This document shows, piece by piece, positions 1-12,700 of a DNA stretch of 64,000 nucleotides; within the stretch, counting starts at the first letter, position 1, and every line of letters starts with the position of its first letter. Source of the stretch: Bigelowiella natans CCMP2755 (lineage: Eukaryota > Protista > Cercozoa); assembly GCA_000320545.1 (NCBI GenBank), contig ADNK01003381.1:1-64000 (forward strand). The letters are read 5' to 3'. The translations under genes were made by a program, and so were the position numbers. The notes under the pieces were generated by a model that saw only the letters and a list, made by a program, of their open reading frames with translations, made no database searches and had not been told where the DNA came from.

Positions 1-309
1 GGGGGGTGGGCGCGGGGGTCGGGGGCGTTAATATGTAAAAAGTAGACGATTTAAAGGAAATCTACACGTTTCGTTTCAGGACTTCTCCCAATTGTGTTGT
101 CAGTGTTATTCGTGGTTCCCGACTTTTCCCCCCTCTCTTTTGGGGGTCTCCCGGAATGGACTCCCCACTATTGCTACTACTGCTACCACTACAAATGCTA
201 TGTTTTGCTTTCCCTGCTCGCGACAAGGCTTTGCTCTTTCGCAAGATCGGTAGCTCTTTCTTGTTTACAGCATCCATAGTGTCCATGTGTGAGGGTCCAT
301 AATATGCCA

Positions 310-346
<37 letters not shown>

Positions 347-362
347 TATATTGTCTTGTTTA

Positions 363-743
363 AGGCCGCTCATTTCCCAACGGCGGTGAAAGAGTTTGAG
401 TGGCGAAAGGGGGGAGTTTCTGGAATGATTTTTGTTCTTTCACCCATGTTTGATAATCCAGGGAGGAAGTAGAATCGATGGTAAAAATAGTAGTAGTATT
501 CGTATTAATAGTAGTGATAGTAGTAGTATCTTACTCCTCCCTCCCCCCCCCTCCCCCCCCCCCTCTCTCGACGTCCCGAACCTAACCATGAAGGTACTTC
601 AACGAGCTGTCCAAGGAAGCGTATAAAAACGGTATTGGCGAAGTAGTATTGTACATTATAACACAGAGGAAGAGAAAGAGAAAGAGGGAGAGAGAGGGAA
701 AGGGGAAGATGGTGGGTATGATTAATGTATAATTTTTTTTATT

Positions 744-782
<39 letters not shown>

Positions 783-945
783 ATGCCTTACTGGTCACAG
801 GCCAGAAGGAGGATCCATGCAGTACGCACAGTGGATACTTGGCTGAACTGGGAATAGGAAAGTAAGCATCGTGTGCTTTGGAGCGTGCAAGTCATCTCGA
901 GCACGGAGAAGCTAACGATTGTTGTTATTGTTGTTGTTGCTGCTG

Positions 946-982
<37 letters not shown>

Positions 983-1140
983 AGGATCATTCCCTTTCCC
1001 TTCAAGGGCTACAAGGAGTATATCACCGAGGAAGAGATGCAGCAGCGTACGCATGTTGTCGTCATTGTCCGCGTCGCCATTGACGTTTTTCTTAAAACTG
1101 AAAAGGCGTTTTTGTCATTTGTATATTCGTCATTTGTATA

Positions 1141-1178
<38 letters not shown>

Positions 1179-1235
1179 CAGAGTGTGCACGTGTGTTAGG
1201 GTTAGGGTTAGGGTTAGGGTTAGGGTTAGGTAAGT

Positions 1236-1295
<60 letters not shown>

Positions 1296-1605
1296 GGTTG
1301 GTTTGCTGCTGCGATTCATCGTTATTCCCCCCCACCTACTTGCGGTGCTCAGAAGATGAAATCTTGACGAAATTCGAGATCAAGCGTGATGAGGAAAATG
1401 AGAAGAGGATTAAGAGGAAGAAGGAGGTGTGTGCATTAGTATGTTTGTTGTGTGTTTGTGTGTGCGTGTGTTTGTGTGTGCGTGTGTGCGTGTGTGCGTG
1501 TGTGCGTGTGTCTGTGTGCGAGCATTTGGATTGCATTTCACCTATGCAGAAACAAAAAGCAGCGATGTGATCGTTGCGCTATAGCGCAATAATGGGGGAG
1601 AGAGA

Positions 1606-1646
<41 letters not shown>

Positions 1647-1830
1647 GCATCCTCACCTACCTCTACTCGGCTTGTGTGTCTGTCGGAGCTGTAGCATTTT
1701 TGCTCACTTTCCTCTCCAAAACAAAACAACAAACATACCTTCCAACCGGTTAGATGGACGAGAAGCGCAAGCAGGAGAGGGAAAGGGCGGAGAGCGTTCG
1801 GTGAGTAAGGGAAGGAAAATACGACTAAAT

Positions 1831-1872
<42 letters not shown>

Positions 1873-2156
1873 TCGGTCAATTCTTGGAAGAGGGCGTTGA
1901 TAATCCCTTCTGTCTTACGATGAACTGCTACCGACGTGCTATCATCGTGTTGTTATTTATCAGGAAAGAGAAGCAGCTGCATGAAGAACAAGGGGTAGAA
2001 GAGTCGTGTGCGAACGATATGATATATGCATGTTATTTGTGTGTGTGTGGTTTGAGCATAATGGAATTGCTTGCTTTTTTAATGCCTACTCAGTCTAAGG
2101 CTCGTCAACTACAAATGGCCAAGACGGCAGCGGTACAAAACACACGCACGCGCGCG

Positions 2157-2190
<34 letters not shown>

Positions 2191-2208
2191 TTACAATATG
2201 CACATATA

Positions 2209-2252
<44 letters not shown>

Positions 2253-2341
2253 GGAGAGATTGTATCTGTGTACGTGTTTATAAATACCCATCATCTCCGT
2301 TGTTCGCACAGGAGGAGGAAACGAAAAGGAGCCTCCGATAA
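363..2341 (+). CDS. 3' part of a multi-exon hypothetical protein with charged coiled-coil C-terminus (5' end probably outside window)
   Basis: Short GT-AG-flanked exons join in frame: YFNELSKEAYKNG|QKEDPCSTHSGYLAELGIGK|IIPFPFKGYKEYITEEEMQQ|EDEILTKFEIKRDEENEKRIKRKKE ... MDEKRKQEREGRRAF ... EEETKRSLR* (TAA 2339-2341). No family recognised. Confidence 0.6.
1196..1230 (+). repeat. Interstitial telomeric repeat (TTAGGG)5 TTAGG inside an intron
   Basis: Five perfect TTAGGG plus TTAGG, between (TA)n and (TG)n/(AG)n tracts. Confidence 0.9.
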
Positions 2342-3399
2342 GCAGCATTGTACGTCTTGACCCAAACACACATGCTAGTGCGCTGATAGAGGGAGATGTC
2401 AGCAATTCAATTCGCAGCATTCAGCTGAGCGGCGTTAATGCTTTATGCAGGCAGCTTCAAGCTCGCTTTAAAGGGCTTCACGGCAAGAAATGAGACATAA
2501 CAGACTGAAAAGCCAGGAGAGGATCACGACTGCTGCTTTCCCCCTGAGTAGCTTTGTCGCAGCTCGCTGGGCATGATGTGGAGATAACCGTAGTTATTCG
2601 ATTCGGTCGGTGTTATGGCTGCCTCATGCGATAAATGCATTTGATTGTATGCACGTCTTTGTGCTCTGACACCTGGTGACTTATACGTGCCAGTTCTGTT
2701 TGTACGATGTCAAGTAACATATTACATTATGGTGAGTTTTGCAGCGTCGTTGCTCTTAGTTCTCGCGGCGAAATGCGAATTCATTGCTTTCATTCTTTCC
2801 ATGCATGTGCGCTATTGTGCATACATGCGTCGTCCCCGAGATAAACATGACATTTATGCTGCACATTGGTTGTGCGTTTTCATTGCAGGCTTCCCTTTGC
2901 TACCAACAGCGTGCAGCAGACGTACACTGCGCAATGCAAGTTAGTGCCGTAGCAACATAGCTTGTTAGCTATCATTTATTATCTGCTAGACCATGCATTC
3001 ATATTGCAATTGCGAGGCGCGCACGTGCTATCTTCGTTGCATGTACATGTGCGCACATGTCGGATGTGCATAGATATTTGTGCGCAGCAACATACATGCT
3101 AGCATGGCGGACGACTCCATATCTAGATATGCTAGTATGGTGACAACTAGACAAGTTCAAAAATTATTAATGAGCGAAAAACGTGAATTTGTTACATTCA
3201 CAAAATCCTATGATTTTTCTCGAGCTACACTTACTATAACGCACCTAACAGCTGCTTGCTAATACCCGGGCTAAATCTCCCATAATATAGCCCACCACCA
3301 CCATGTCATTTTTACACTTTTAAATATTTGGAAAAAGAAAAGAAGAAAGAGGAGACAGGGCGCCGTCCTATCGGCCGCCGTTTTTTCTAACTGATTTGG

Positions 3400-3711
3400 A
3401 TACGATGCGGCGGAGCTCAAAGTTGTGCTGAGGATGACGAGTACCAAAAAACCATCATCCTGCACCTCCGCCGTATATACGAAACGCTCCGCTAATTCCC
3501 CGTAGATCCGATGATGCGTGTGCAATCTAGCTTCTGAACGGCTACTAAGGCCGCATACGCCGAGATGCACGCGCACACACTCACTCACTCACACACGGAG
3601 GGGGAAATACACGAGTGTTGCGCACACGTATGCACACACACGCGCACGCACGCATATACACTACATATCCTAAATAACTAATAAGATTCCTTCCCCACGC
3701 TACTACTACTA

Positions 3712-3743
<32 letters not shown>

Positions 3744-6700
3744 GCTACTGCGACGAATGTGCCGTCTCTCTACACGTACATCTTGCGAGACACACTCGAA
3801 GCAAACGAAAGATCGAGATGCGAGCTCCGAGGAAGGAAGATCGAAGGAGGGACGGGGAGACTCGATGAAAGCTCGGGGCTGATCCAATCTCCCGCGCTTT
3901 GCTGCTCCGTTGTCGCGTAACTCACCGTATCGTTGATTTTGACCATGGGGGAGGAGGAGGCGGCGGAGGAGATTGAGGATGGCGACAGCGAGAAAGAGCG
4001 AGCGTTGTTTGTAGCATTACGACCCTAAAAAAAGCAACACCGTGTAAGGAGTGGGGCATGCCCTCGTACGATGATCACGATGACTGATAAACACTCACAA
4101 CGCTGAACGTGTGATGATCACGTTTCAATCTATTAAAAATCGCAATAGGACAAAGCATACGCGAGAGAAAGCACGTGTTGTCTCTCCTCCCTGAATCCGA
4201 CTTTGGGGGGGGGGGGGGATAAACGACGAACTCACGTTGGAGCGCGTCTTTGGCAGCGTCAGAGCAATCTTCTCCGTGGCCCCGAGGGTAGCAGCCGGCT
4301 TCGCTTTCTGCTTTGACCTCCCGCTCACTTCACGAGCGCGCGACCGCAGGTTCATATTGGCCTTGTCGTCGTCATCGGAGAACTGCAGTAGGAGCTTCAT
4401 CTGCGTGACTAAGACCTGTTGTTCTTCCGACTCCTGCTCATCGTTGTGTTGATTCGCGGCCTATTGGAAGGAGCATTTCGGTCATGCGTGCGTTTGGTCT
4501 GTACTTGCACTATCTGTCGCTCTGTATCCCCTTTATCTCCGCAATTATTAATATTCATACAAATATATATATATATATATATATATATGTTATGACTCTC
4601 ACCTTGCCATTGTTGTTCCTGTTGTCCGCAGTGTCGCTTCTCCAACCCTCTGATTTCGTCGATTCTTCCATATCTTCCACAATCTTACCACGAAATCAAC
4701 AAAGAACCCGCGCGACAACAAGACAGGAGCTTCAGTGACCTCTCATGCATGAGCGTATGAAGTGGGGGAGGGGATGCGGGGGAGGGGGGGGGGGGGGGCA
4801 CTTTTGTAGTATGAATGGCACGCACTCAGTTTCGAGAGAGAATCATGCGAAATGTCACTCTTGCACATATACGTGTGAAACAACACCTTTTGGGCCGTAT
4901 GCAGAACGGCGTCTTCGAGCGCATCGAAGGTCGCGTTAAGGGATGAGGAGATCTGATCCTCGCTCTTGCGGAGCTGCACCTCTGCTGCCAGGAACGCCTG
5001 CAAATGTCGTTTGGGTTGGTTGCGGTTATTGTTGTTGTTGTTGTTGCAGCGGCATTTTTTTGTTTGAATTCGTTGTTCTCGGTTCCATCGTCAATATGCA
5101 CGCGACTGTCTTTATTTCGATAAGTACCATGTGGCGCTGCTGCTGGAGCTCGTATTCGGTTCGGTCGTGTTGTGCATTGGTCTCTGTGAGCGGATTTAGA
5201 AACGAAGGCATTGACACACACATACACACACACACACACACACATACGCGTACACATGTTTATATTTGTTACAATCGTATAATAATATATCATGAAAACA
5301 GGGAGGAAAATCCACGCGTCGTTTCCAGCTTTAATGAATGTTGGGTAAGGTTTTTATTGAAGCAAACTCATCAGGCGCTTTGCGGGATAATGCGGGGCCG
5401 TGTTGTTGTTTTTTAAGTACCGGATATCAGCACGTGCAGAGTGGTCTCAAAGTCCTTCTGCAGCTTCATTTGATTCATAGGTGGGCGGCCTTGGAAAGAG
5501 ACGTGAGACGGTGAGTAAGAGTTAGAAGGAAGGAGACAAAATAGCAAGGGTATTATATCATGCACACAATCCTTTCCATCCCCCCCCCCCCCCCTCTCCC
5601 CCTCCCCTTTCACCACCCCCACCTGCGAATAGCTCGTTGAGATCGTAAAACTGCTTCGGCGTGGGTGGGAGATCTGTTTCAGACAGTCCTGAAAAATTAG
5701 CATCATCAAGAAGAAGAAGAAGAGAACGGTGAGTACGGCGACTAAGGCACAGGGAGGAGGGAGGGAGACATCGGGGATGATGCAGATGATGCAGAGACGG
5801 CTTGTCCTTTTCCACATCGGCTACTGCGAGAGGCGCAAAGGTCAAATCATCCATAAACAAATGCTTTCAGCATTAAATATCTTGCCGACAATTGTAAATA
5901 GTTATCTCATTGCCTCTCTGCGGTTTCGCGCCCCCCATCCTCCCCTCCCCTCCCCTCCCACTACACGATTCGAAGAAGTTGCTGTTTATCTCTCACCATG
6001 TGGGGGACAGGGGTCGAGAGGGCCGTCCTCCTCTTTGATTTCCAACTGCGGAAAGAAGAGGGAGGAGGATGTGAGAAGATGGAGGAATGATTCGAATGAA
6101 GAAGAAGAAGAAAGGAAGATGACGATGACGATGTGGGATTTTAAAAAATGCAGGAGCATAGCATCAGGCACACGCGCTTGCTAGATTATGGCTCACACGA
6201 ATTTATCGATCATTTTTTGTTTTTTCATGCCAGTTGCTGACTGTTTGCTTCACCGCGCTGTGATGCGACGATCGCCACTGTTCCTATTGTCATCAACGTT
6301 GTTTTTCTACCTCTTGCGGTCCTTCAAAATAGGAGAAGTATTGGGGATCCGGGATGAGCTCATACCCGTACACCCTCTCTTCAAAGTCGATTGTTTCCTC
6401 GTCCTGTTACAGCGATTACGGTTAGCCAGAGCGACAGGAAGCACGTAGTAGCAGCAAAGGCATTTGGCTACGTTGCGCCGAGCAGTTTACGAAGAAGATG
6501 GCGGGGATGAAGAGGAGTGTAAGGATGGTGATGAGCGCTTCAAAATCCTTTACAGAAATGATGGCGTTGATGTGTTTACATGATTGGGGAGGACGGTGGA
6601 ACAAAACCAGGCTACTGGCAGTAGAAGGGGGGGAGGGGGGGGGGGGGGGGGACCTTGAAAGAGTATCGGATGTAGCTGAAGTAATCTGCAAGGTTTTCCG

Positions 6701-7600
6701 TCCGTTCTCGGTTGTTCTGTGCGGACTCTGCTCGGTAGCTGCAAAACACCATTCAACAGAGGAAACGTGATGTTTGATGCTTTCTTGTTCTAAAATGAGG
6801 ACGGTGCAGTATACCTCCTTTATGTGTGAATATTAACCGAAGATACATTTGCTATCCCTTGGTCTCTATCCCCCCCCTCCCCTACCACCCACCACTCCCT
6901 ACCGTTTTTCAGCCTTGGAAAGGTCCGTGTTGTATTGGTTGAGAGCGTCTGACCGCATTTGTCTAACTTTAGCCATGGCCTCCTCCCTCAAGGCTTTCGT
7001 GACGTCGTGTATCTCAGCAGCCTTTCCGCCAAGGTAGTCGGCGGGGGAAGGGTTCTTTTCGCTGGTGTTGTGCTGCCGCTCATACCGAGTGGAGTTGTTG
7101 CTGTATTGAACGAAACTGGCACCTGTCCCTATGCACGGAGATGAATGTTAATGCCGACTAACAAACAGGAGGGGGAAGGTGTACGAGGACGGGGGCAATG
7201 GCGATGACAAAGTATTGGTTATTGTGGAAGGGAGTGGTGTTCCTGCTACCTGGATGGACAGCAGCAATCTGCTTGATTCGATCGGCCAGGATGAGACTCT
7301 GCCCAGAGGTAGAGAGCGAAGACGCCCAGTGACTAAACTGCAGGACGAATAGGAGCAACATGACAGAAGATCAATTGGGGGGGAGGAGGAGGAGGAAGGT
7401 AGGCTGCAGGTTCGGCCAGGGGCAAATGTCAATGATCTTCAGCCTTTGATTGAATTCGGAAGAGCACGCGTTGGTATCGGTGGCAATGAAGCGCACAAAC
7501 GTAGCATTATCTCGGAGAAACATCCTCAGAGTCAAGCACGAAAGGATGTCGCAGACAACGAAATGGCATCTCTGCCTGCCATGACGCATCCCATCAGGAT
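3400..7600 (-). CDS. Multi-exon hypothetical coiled-coil protein (boundaries approximate)
   Basis: Exon-like minus-strand blocks with splice sites: HWASSLSTSGQSLILADRIKQIAAVHP; YLGGKAAEIHDVTKALREEAMAKVRQMRSDALNQYNTDLSKAEK; AFLAAEVQLRKSEDQISSSLNATFDALEDAVLHTAQK; QMKLLLQFSDDDDKANMNLRSRAREVS. Separated by microsatellite introns. Confidence 0.5.
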
Positions 7601-9368
7601 TTCAAATTTTCAAAAAATGAAAAATCCCCCACCGACGACTTGATGAGACCCCGCAGAATTATGATTTTTAATAAATTAAATTTTTAATTTTCGGAGGGAA
7701 ATACATACAATATTTATTCGGGAAGTGCAATTTCCAGCTTAATTCATGCAAAGAACATCTAGTTCTGTAAAAAGCTCCTACATTCCTGCAAATATTGCAG
7801 GTGGAGCTTGATTCCTCAGATTTAAAGCTAGGCGCGGAGGAAGAAGCCCTGTTGAAAAATCGATGTCCGTAGAGTCATTTCAGAGATATCGCCTGTCGCA
7901 TATCCTAAAAAGAACGGAAATACGATATTTCGACTGATATTATCTGTATTGCCAAAATCTGAAATGGCGAATATCCCCGTGCGCGATGCCAATGCGAGCG
8001 GCAGAGGACACCTCTTGCAGGCGAGAAAGCAAAGCTCGAGGGAGATGATCATTTGCCTACGATGAAAGTCTTCAATTTAAAATGCAATAGATTATTAACA
8101 TCAAGCACTGTCTGATGTAAATGGAGACAAGTTCACCACACCGCTGAAATACCTTGCGGCATCCAAGGTATGAGCAATCTCATTCTCTATCAGTACTGAG
8201 TACACAACGTGATGATCAACAAAACAATACCAATCCTTTTCTCTGAAATTACATTGAGGAAATTTGAATAACTCTGATATCATAAACATTGCCTTTCGGT
8301 GTCATAACATGTAAAACCTTTACTAAATATCGCCCTTGCCCGCAGGAACGACTCGCACTCGTATTCTGTTGGGATTGATGTGACGCTACAGCGACGTTAA
8401 TGTACTTAGAGCTGAGACAACAATCCCAGGATATGACCGCAAACGATTCGGATGAGGTATGCTCAATTTTCCAAATGCACCCTATTTTCCCGACAATTTC
8501 CACAAAGATATGATGAATTAAAGGTTAGCGCCATTCATTTCCCTATGATCCTCGTGCTCCTCGCAAGGGTGCGAGGCCCAGATGGGGTCAAAAAGTATTC
8601 TGATTCAAAGCATAATTTCACTTTCCACGTTTCGTTTCGTCTCGAAAGTATCGCATTAACAAACACTCACCAATATGAATATTGACAGGTGATACTGTAC
8701 GGCCCATTCAATCGACAACAAGATAAAATTGGAATTGACAAGTAAACGCGAGGACTGGGCTGCACAGTAGGGCAGCGAGGCCTTCTTCTGTCCCCATTCG
8801 TTGATTCATTCATTCATTCGTGTTGAATGTCATGTTGAATGTCAAATCGTCATCAATGTTTCAATTTCTTGCTCGTTCACGCACTTGTCCGAAGGAGAAG
8901 TAATTCTCACAACTAGCCGACGTTACTGTGCCTGTAGTTGCGTTGCTGTGGGGTGTGCGCGCTGGTTGTAAAAGACGACGCAAAGCGCATTGCACGTGCT
9001 GCGTGCGCAAACTGTGATGAGTGGATGGATGATGCAATGATCCGCCAGAAATGTCACGCGCTAGCTATATATATAGCGCATGTGACCTGACGGCTTTGGA
9101 ACTTCGCGACTTGGTCGCACATCAAATGACGTATGTGGCAGCCTCGGCATGAGTGCTAGAGTGGCAAGCTAGCATGCAAGAACTATGCAGATAATGTTGA
9201 ACTTCGTATATTGCTGGCATGCTAGCATGTGCGTGATGAAACAATCGCGTGCGCGCAATGCAGCAACAATGAGAATGACCACGTACAGCACGTGATCGAG
9301 AATCACAACCTGCAAATCAACAAAATCCATCGCATTGCGTCATCTAGCCACAGCAAGTCGCGTCGGTG

Positions 9369-9694
9369 TGTAGCGCGTACCACTACGCGGGCACAAGTCA
9401 CGTGCGACAACAAAGGGGTTGTCGCGGATATAGAATATAGATAACGTAGATATTAATACAGCATAGGCACGTGGGTTCCGGCGGGACTCATGGCAGCACA
9501 CCGGAAGTGTGCTGCCCCACGTGCGGCGGCATTCGCGAAAGCTTCGCGAATGATTACGCAGTGCACGATTTAATAAAAATATAATCTTTAATAAAAATAA
9601 ACACAACTCTTCAAAAGGAAGCAAACGTGCCTTTCCCCCCCCCTGCCTACTTGTGCACGTAGCGCCTCGGCCTGTGAACACCTTACGCGCAACA
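9369..9694 (+). repeat. 5' LTR (326 bp)
   Basis: Identical by eye to 14759-15084; begins TGTAG, ends CAACA; AATAAA signals inside a duplicated TTTAATAAAAATA. Confidence 0.97.
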
Positions 9695-9699
9695 ACCTT

Positions 9700-9717
9700 T
9701 GGCTTCCACACACGGGA
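9700..9717 (+). promoter_or_regulatory. Putative tRNA primer-binding site
   Basis: TGGCTTCCACACACGGGA, 5 nt after the 5' LTR; reverse complement ends ...GGAAG-CCA like a tRNA 3' end (G discriminator). The tRNA identity is not determined. Confidence 0.65.
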
Positions 9718-9733
9718 AACGATTTGACTAACA

Positions 9734-12700
9734 ATGTCACAGCAGCTAGAAGAACAGCAGGACTTTGGCTCGCAGGCCGTGCAAGGGCACGAGCAGAAAC
9801 AGGAAAGGAAGGGCGATACGGACGCTAAGGAAGGAGGAGGAACACCTCCACAGGCACCGCCGGGACCAGCACCCGGGATTAAGAAAGCAGATGCAGCAGC
9901 AGAGGCACTGGAGAACTTCTACGAGGCGGACGACGAGGACGTGGCCGCCGAAAGCAAGAAGGTCGTAATGGCATTACGAGCCTTGCGACCCAGGGCGAGC
10001 AACTACGCCAAACTGAAAGTATCGATAGAATACAAGTATCAGACACATGATGTTTGGGCAGCTATCATGCAGGACATCATGGATTACGAAGCAGACTTAC
10101 CTCCAGAGTGGGCAGCTTTGTTTAGGAACGACGGGGGTCTGGGCGCCTCGCGGGGGACGACCCAGAGCACCGTCAAGCAGCAGCAGCCGGTACAGCGGAA
10201 CACCCAGTTCATGTCTGTTAAAACAGCACCGGTTATGATAACGAAATACAACGGGAAAAGAGGTGAGGCAAGGAGGTGGTGGAAGAACGCTAGGAGTATA
10301 CTCTGCGACTTTACCCCTAACCCCACCGAAAACGACAAGCTCAAATGGCTAGCTATAATAAAGCAAGCCATGGACCTTTACGAGACAGGCAGGACCCGGA
10401 TCAGGCAGCTAGAGAAAATACACACTACAGTTAGTGGGCTACGAGACGTTGAGGCGATAATGAAGGCTTTTGTAAATGAACAGGATGCTAACTCCCTACC
10501 CCAGGCTATTAGAAAATACAGAGCAATGATGCAGCATGAGAGAGAACCTGTTAGAGACTTTGCCACGCGCTTCCAGGATATGATCGACGAACTACATGAT
10601 TTTAATTACAACACAGGTGATGATCAGGCAAGGTTTGAAGAGTTCAAGTTAAAGATAAAGGAATCCACTTACGTTACGGAGAAAGGCTACACCACGATGG
10701 AGGCAGCAGTGCAGGCTATATCCCTACGCGAGCAGGAGCAGGACCGCAAGTTTACCAGCCCTAAGGTACCTGGCATAGGAAACATTAACGCTATTAAGCC
10801 GCAGCGAGACTGGTACAAGGACAGGGAAGGTAACCGACGTTGCGGATACTGCTCACGTAAAGGGAAACACACCGCTAAAGACTGCAGAGACAGGAAAGAA
10901 GGACGACCCAGGATGACGATCAGGCAGCTCAACGAACACTACGAGAAGTTAAAGAGAAAGAAAGGCAGAGGACAAGGATATAACAACAGCAAATGGCAAG
11001 GCAGCAACAACGGGAAGAACAATAAATATAAGAACAAAAAGCAGAACAGTATCAATGCTATACAGCAGCAGATAAACGGAATATTAGATCACCTTAAGCA
11101 GGCGCCGACGAAGACAGCAGTACCAGCAACGCAGGACCAAGACAAGCCCATGACCCTAGACGACATAAAGAACTTAGGAGTATGCAACATTAATGACGAA
11201 GACGCTAACAGGACTATCAAAGTTGCTATGACCAAGGTTAAAGTTAAAGACAGCTACGGAGACTACAAGAAACTACCTGCCCTTTGGGATAGTGGCAGCA
11301 TGCCGAAGTCCTTCATAAGCCTAAGCACAGTAAGAAGGTTAGGACTATTGGATCAAGTGACTAAGAAAGAACGTAAATATGCTCAAGCAGACGGAAGCTC
11401 TTCCATGAAGACCGTCGGTGAGCTAATGCTAAAGCTACAGATACCTGGCAGCGACGCGGAGACCCAAATCAAGACCCGAGTAGCCATGACTTTATCCATG
11501 GAACTACTCCTCGGACAGGATGCCCTAGAAAAATTAGGGGGGATCATATCATTCTACAATCACAAGATATACTTTGCTAAGTTGCCAAAGAAGTCAGGCA
11601 GGACCATCAGCCAGAACATGATACGGCTTGACGAGTGGACCTCTGAGTCAAGCGTTAATGCGTTAGAGTTTATGGACCTAGCGGACAACAAGCTACCTAC
11701 ACCTACCGAGCTACGGAAGAAGAACCCCGGCAAGACCATCCGACAGATAACGGAGCTACTGGACAAGACCCCCCCAGCTGATGATTGGGATATCGACAAA
11801 GGCAAAAAGTACATTAATAAAATATTAAACGAGAAGTACTCTGACATCACCAAGCCGACGACGAAGCCCTCCAGCAAGCTTACCCCAGTAAAGATCGAGC
11901 TAAAGAAGGGATACGAAGAGTGCATCATCAATGACCCAGAACATAGGCGACCGGAAGCGGACTGGGAAAAGATAGAGTGGCAGATCAATGAATGGGCAAA
12001 GGAAGGGAAGATAGAGCCAAGCAACTCACCATGGAACGTGAGACATGTGCTAGCTAAGAAACCTACTTACCCTTTCTTCCGCCTGGCGCACAACTTCATC
12101 CGCCACAACCGAGTAATAAAGAGGATCCAGACACCTACACCAAGGATAGATGACGTTATTGAACACGTCATAGGATACAAATACTACTCTTCCCTAGATA
12201 AAAATGAATCATACATGCAGACACCCATCCACAAAACCTCCCGCCCCATTACCGCGTTCTCCAGCAGGCACAGGAAGTGGCACTTCGTCGTATTCCCTTA
12301 CGGCCTAAGCATATCAGGGGATGCGTTCAGTAGTCAGAACTACAGGGCATACACACATGATGGGATGGCGTCTGTGTTGTGGGTGTTTGTGTTTGTGTAT
12401 GTGGATGATGACATAATATGTACCAACACAGTCGTCGCTCAGATCTTCCTCCTGGAAAATATATTTATTAGGTTTGCACACTTCGGTTTTACTATTAGAC
12501 TGCAGAAGTGTACATTCCTAGCTACAAGAATCAAGTGGTGTGGATATTACCTGGAGCAAGGCCGCATCACCCCAAACCCCGAGAAAGTAGCAGCACTACA
12601 GCAAGCCCCTAAACCTAAGAATGCAAAGGAGTTAAAGTCATTCTTGCAGACTGCAGCTTGGATACTACGTAGGTTCTCCCCTACCTACGCTAGGACTGCA

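Noticed and set aside
1196-1230. True chromosome end
   Set aside because: Only about 6 units, inside an intron with genes on both sides.
788-2420. Many short ORFs with CVCV/THTH/YIYI/ERER runs (also at 21 kb, 38-39 kb, 41-43 kb, 49.7 kb)
   Set aside because: Translations of intronic dinucleotide microsatellites.
9340-9711. Antisense ORF across the LTR (repeated at 14712-15188) as an accessory gene
   Set aside because: Start and stop lie outside the LTR and differ between copies; no motifs.
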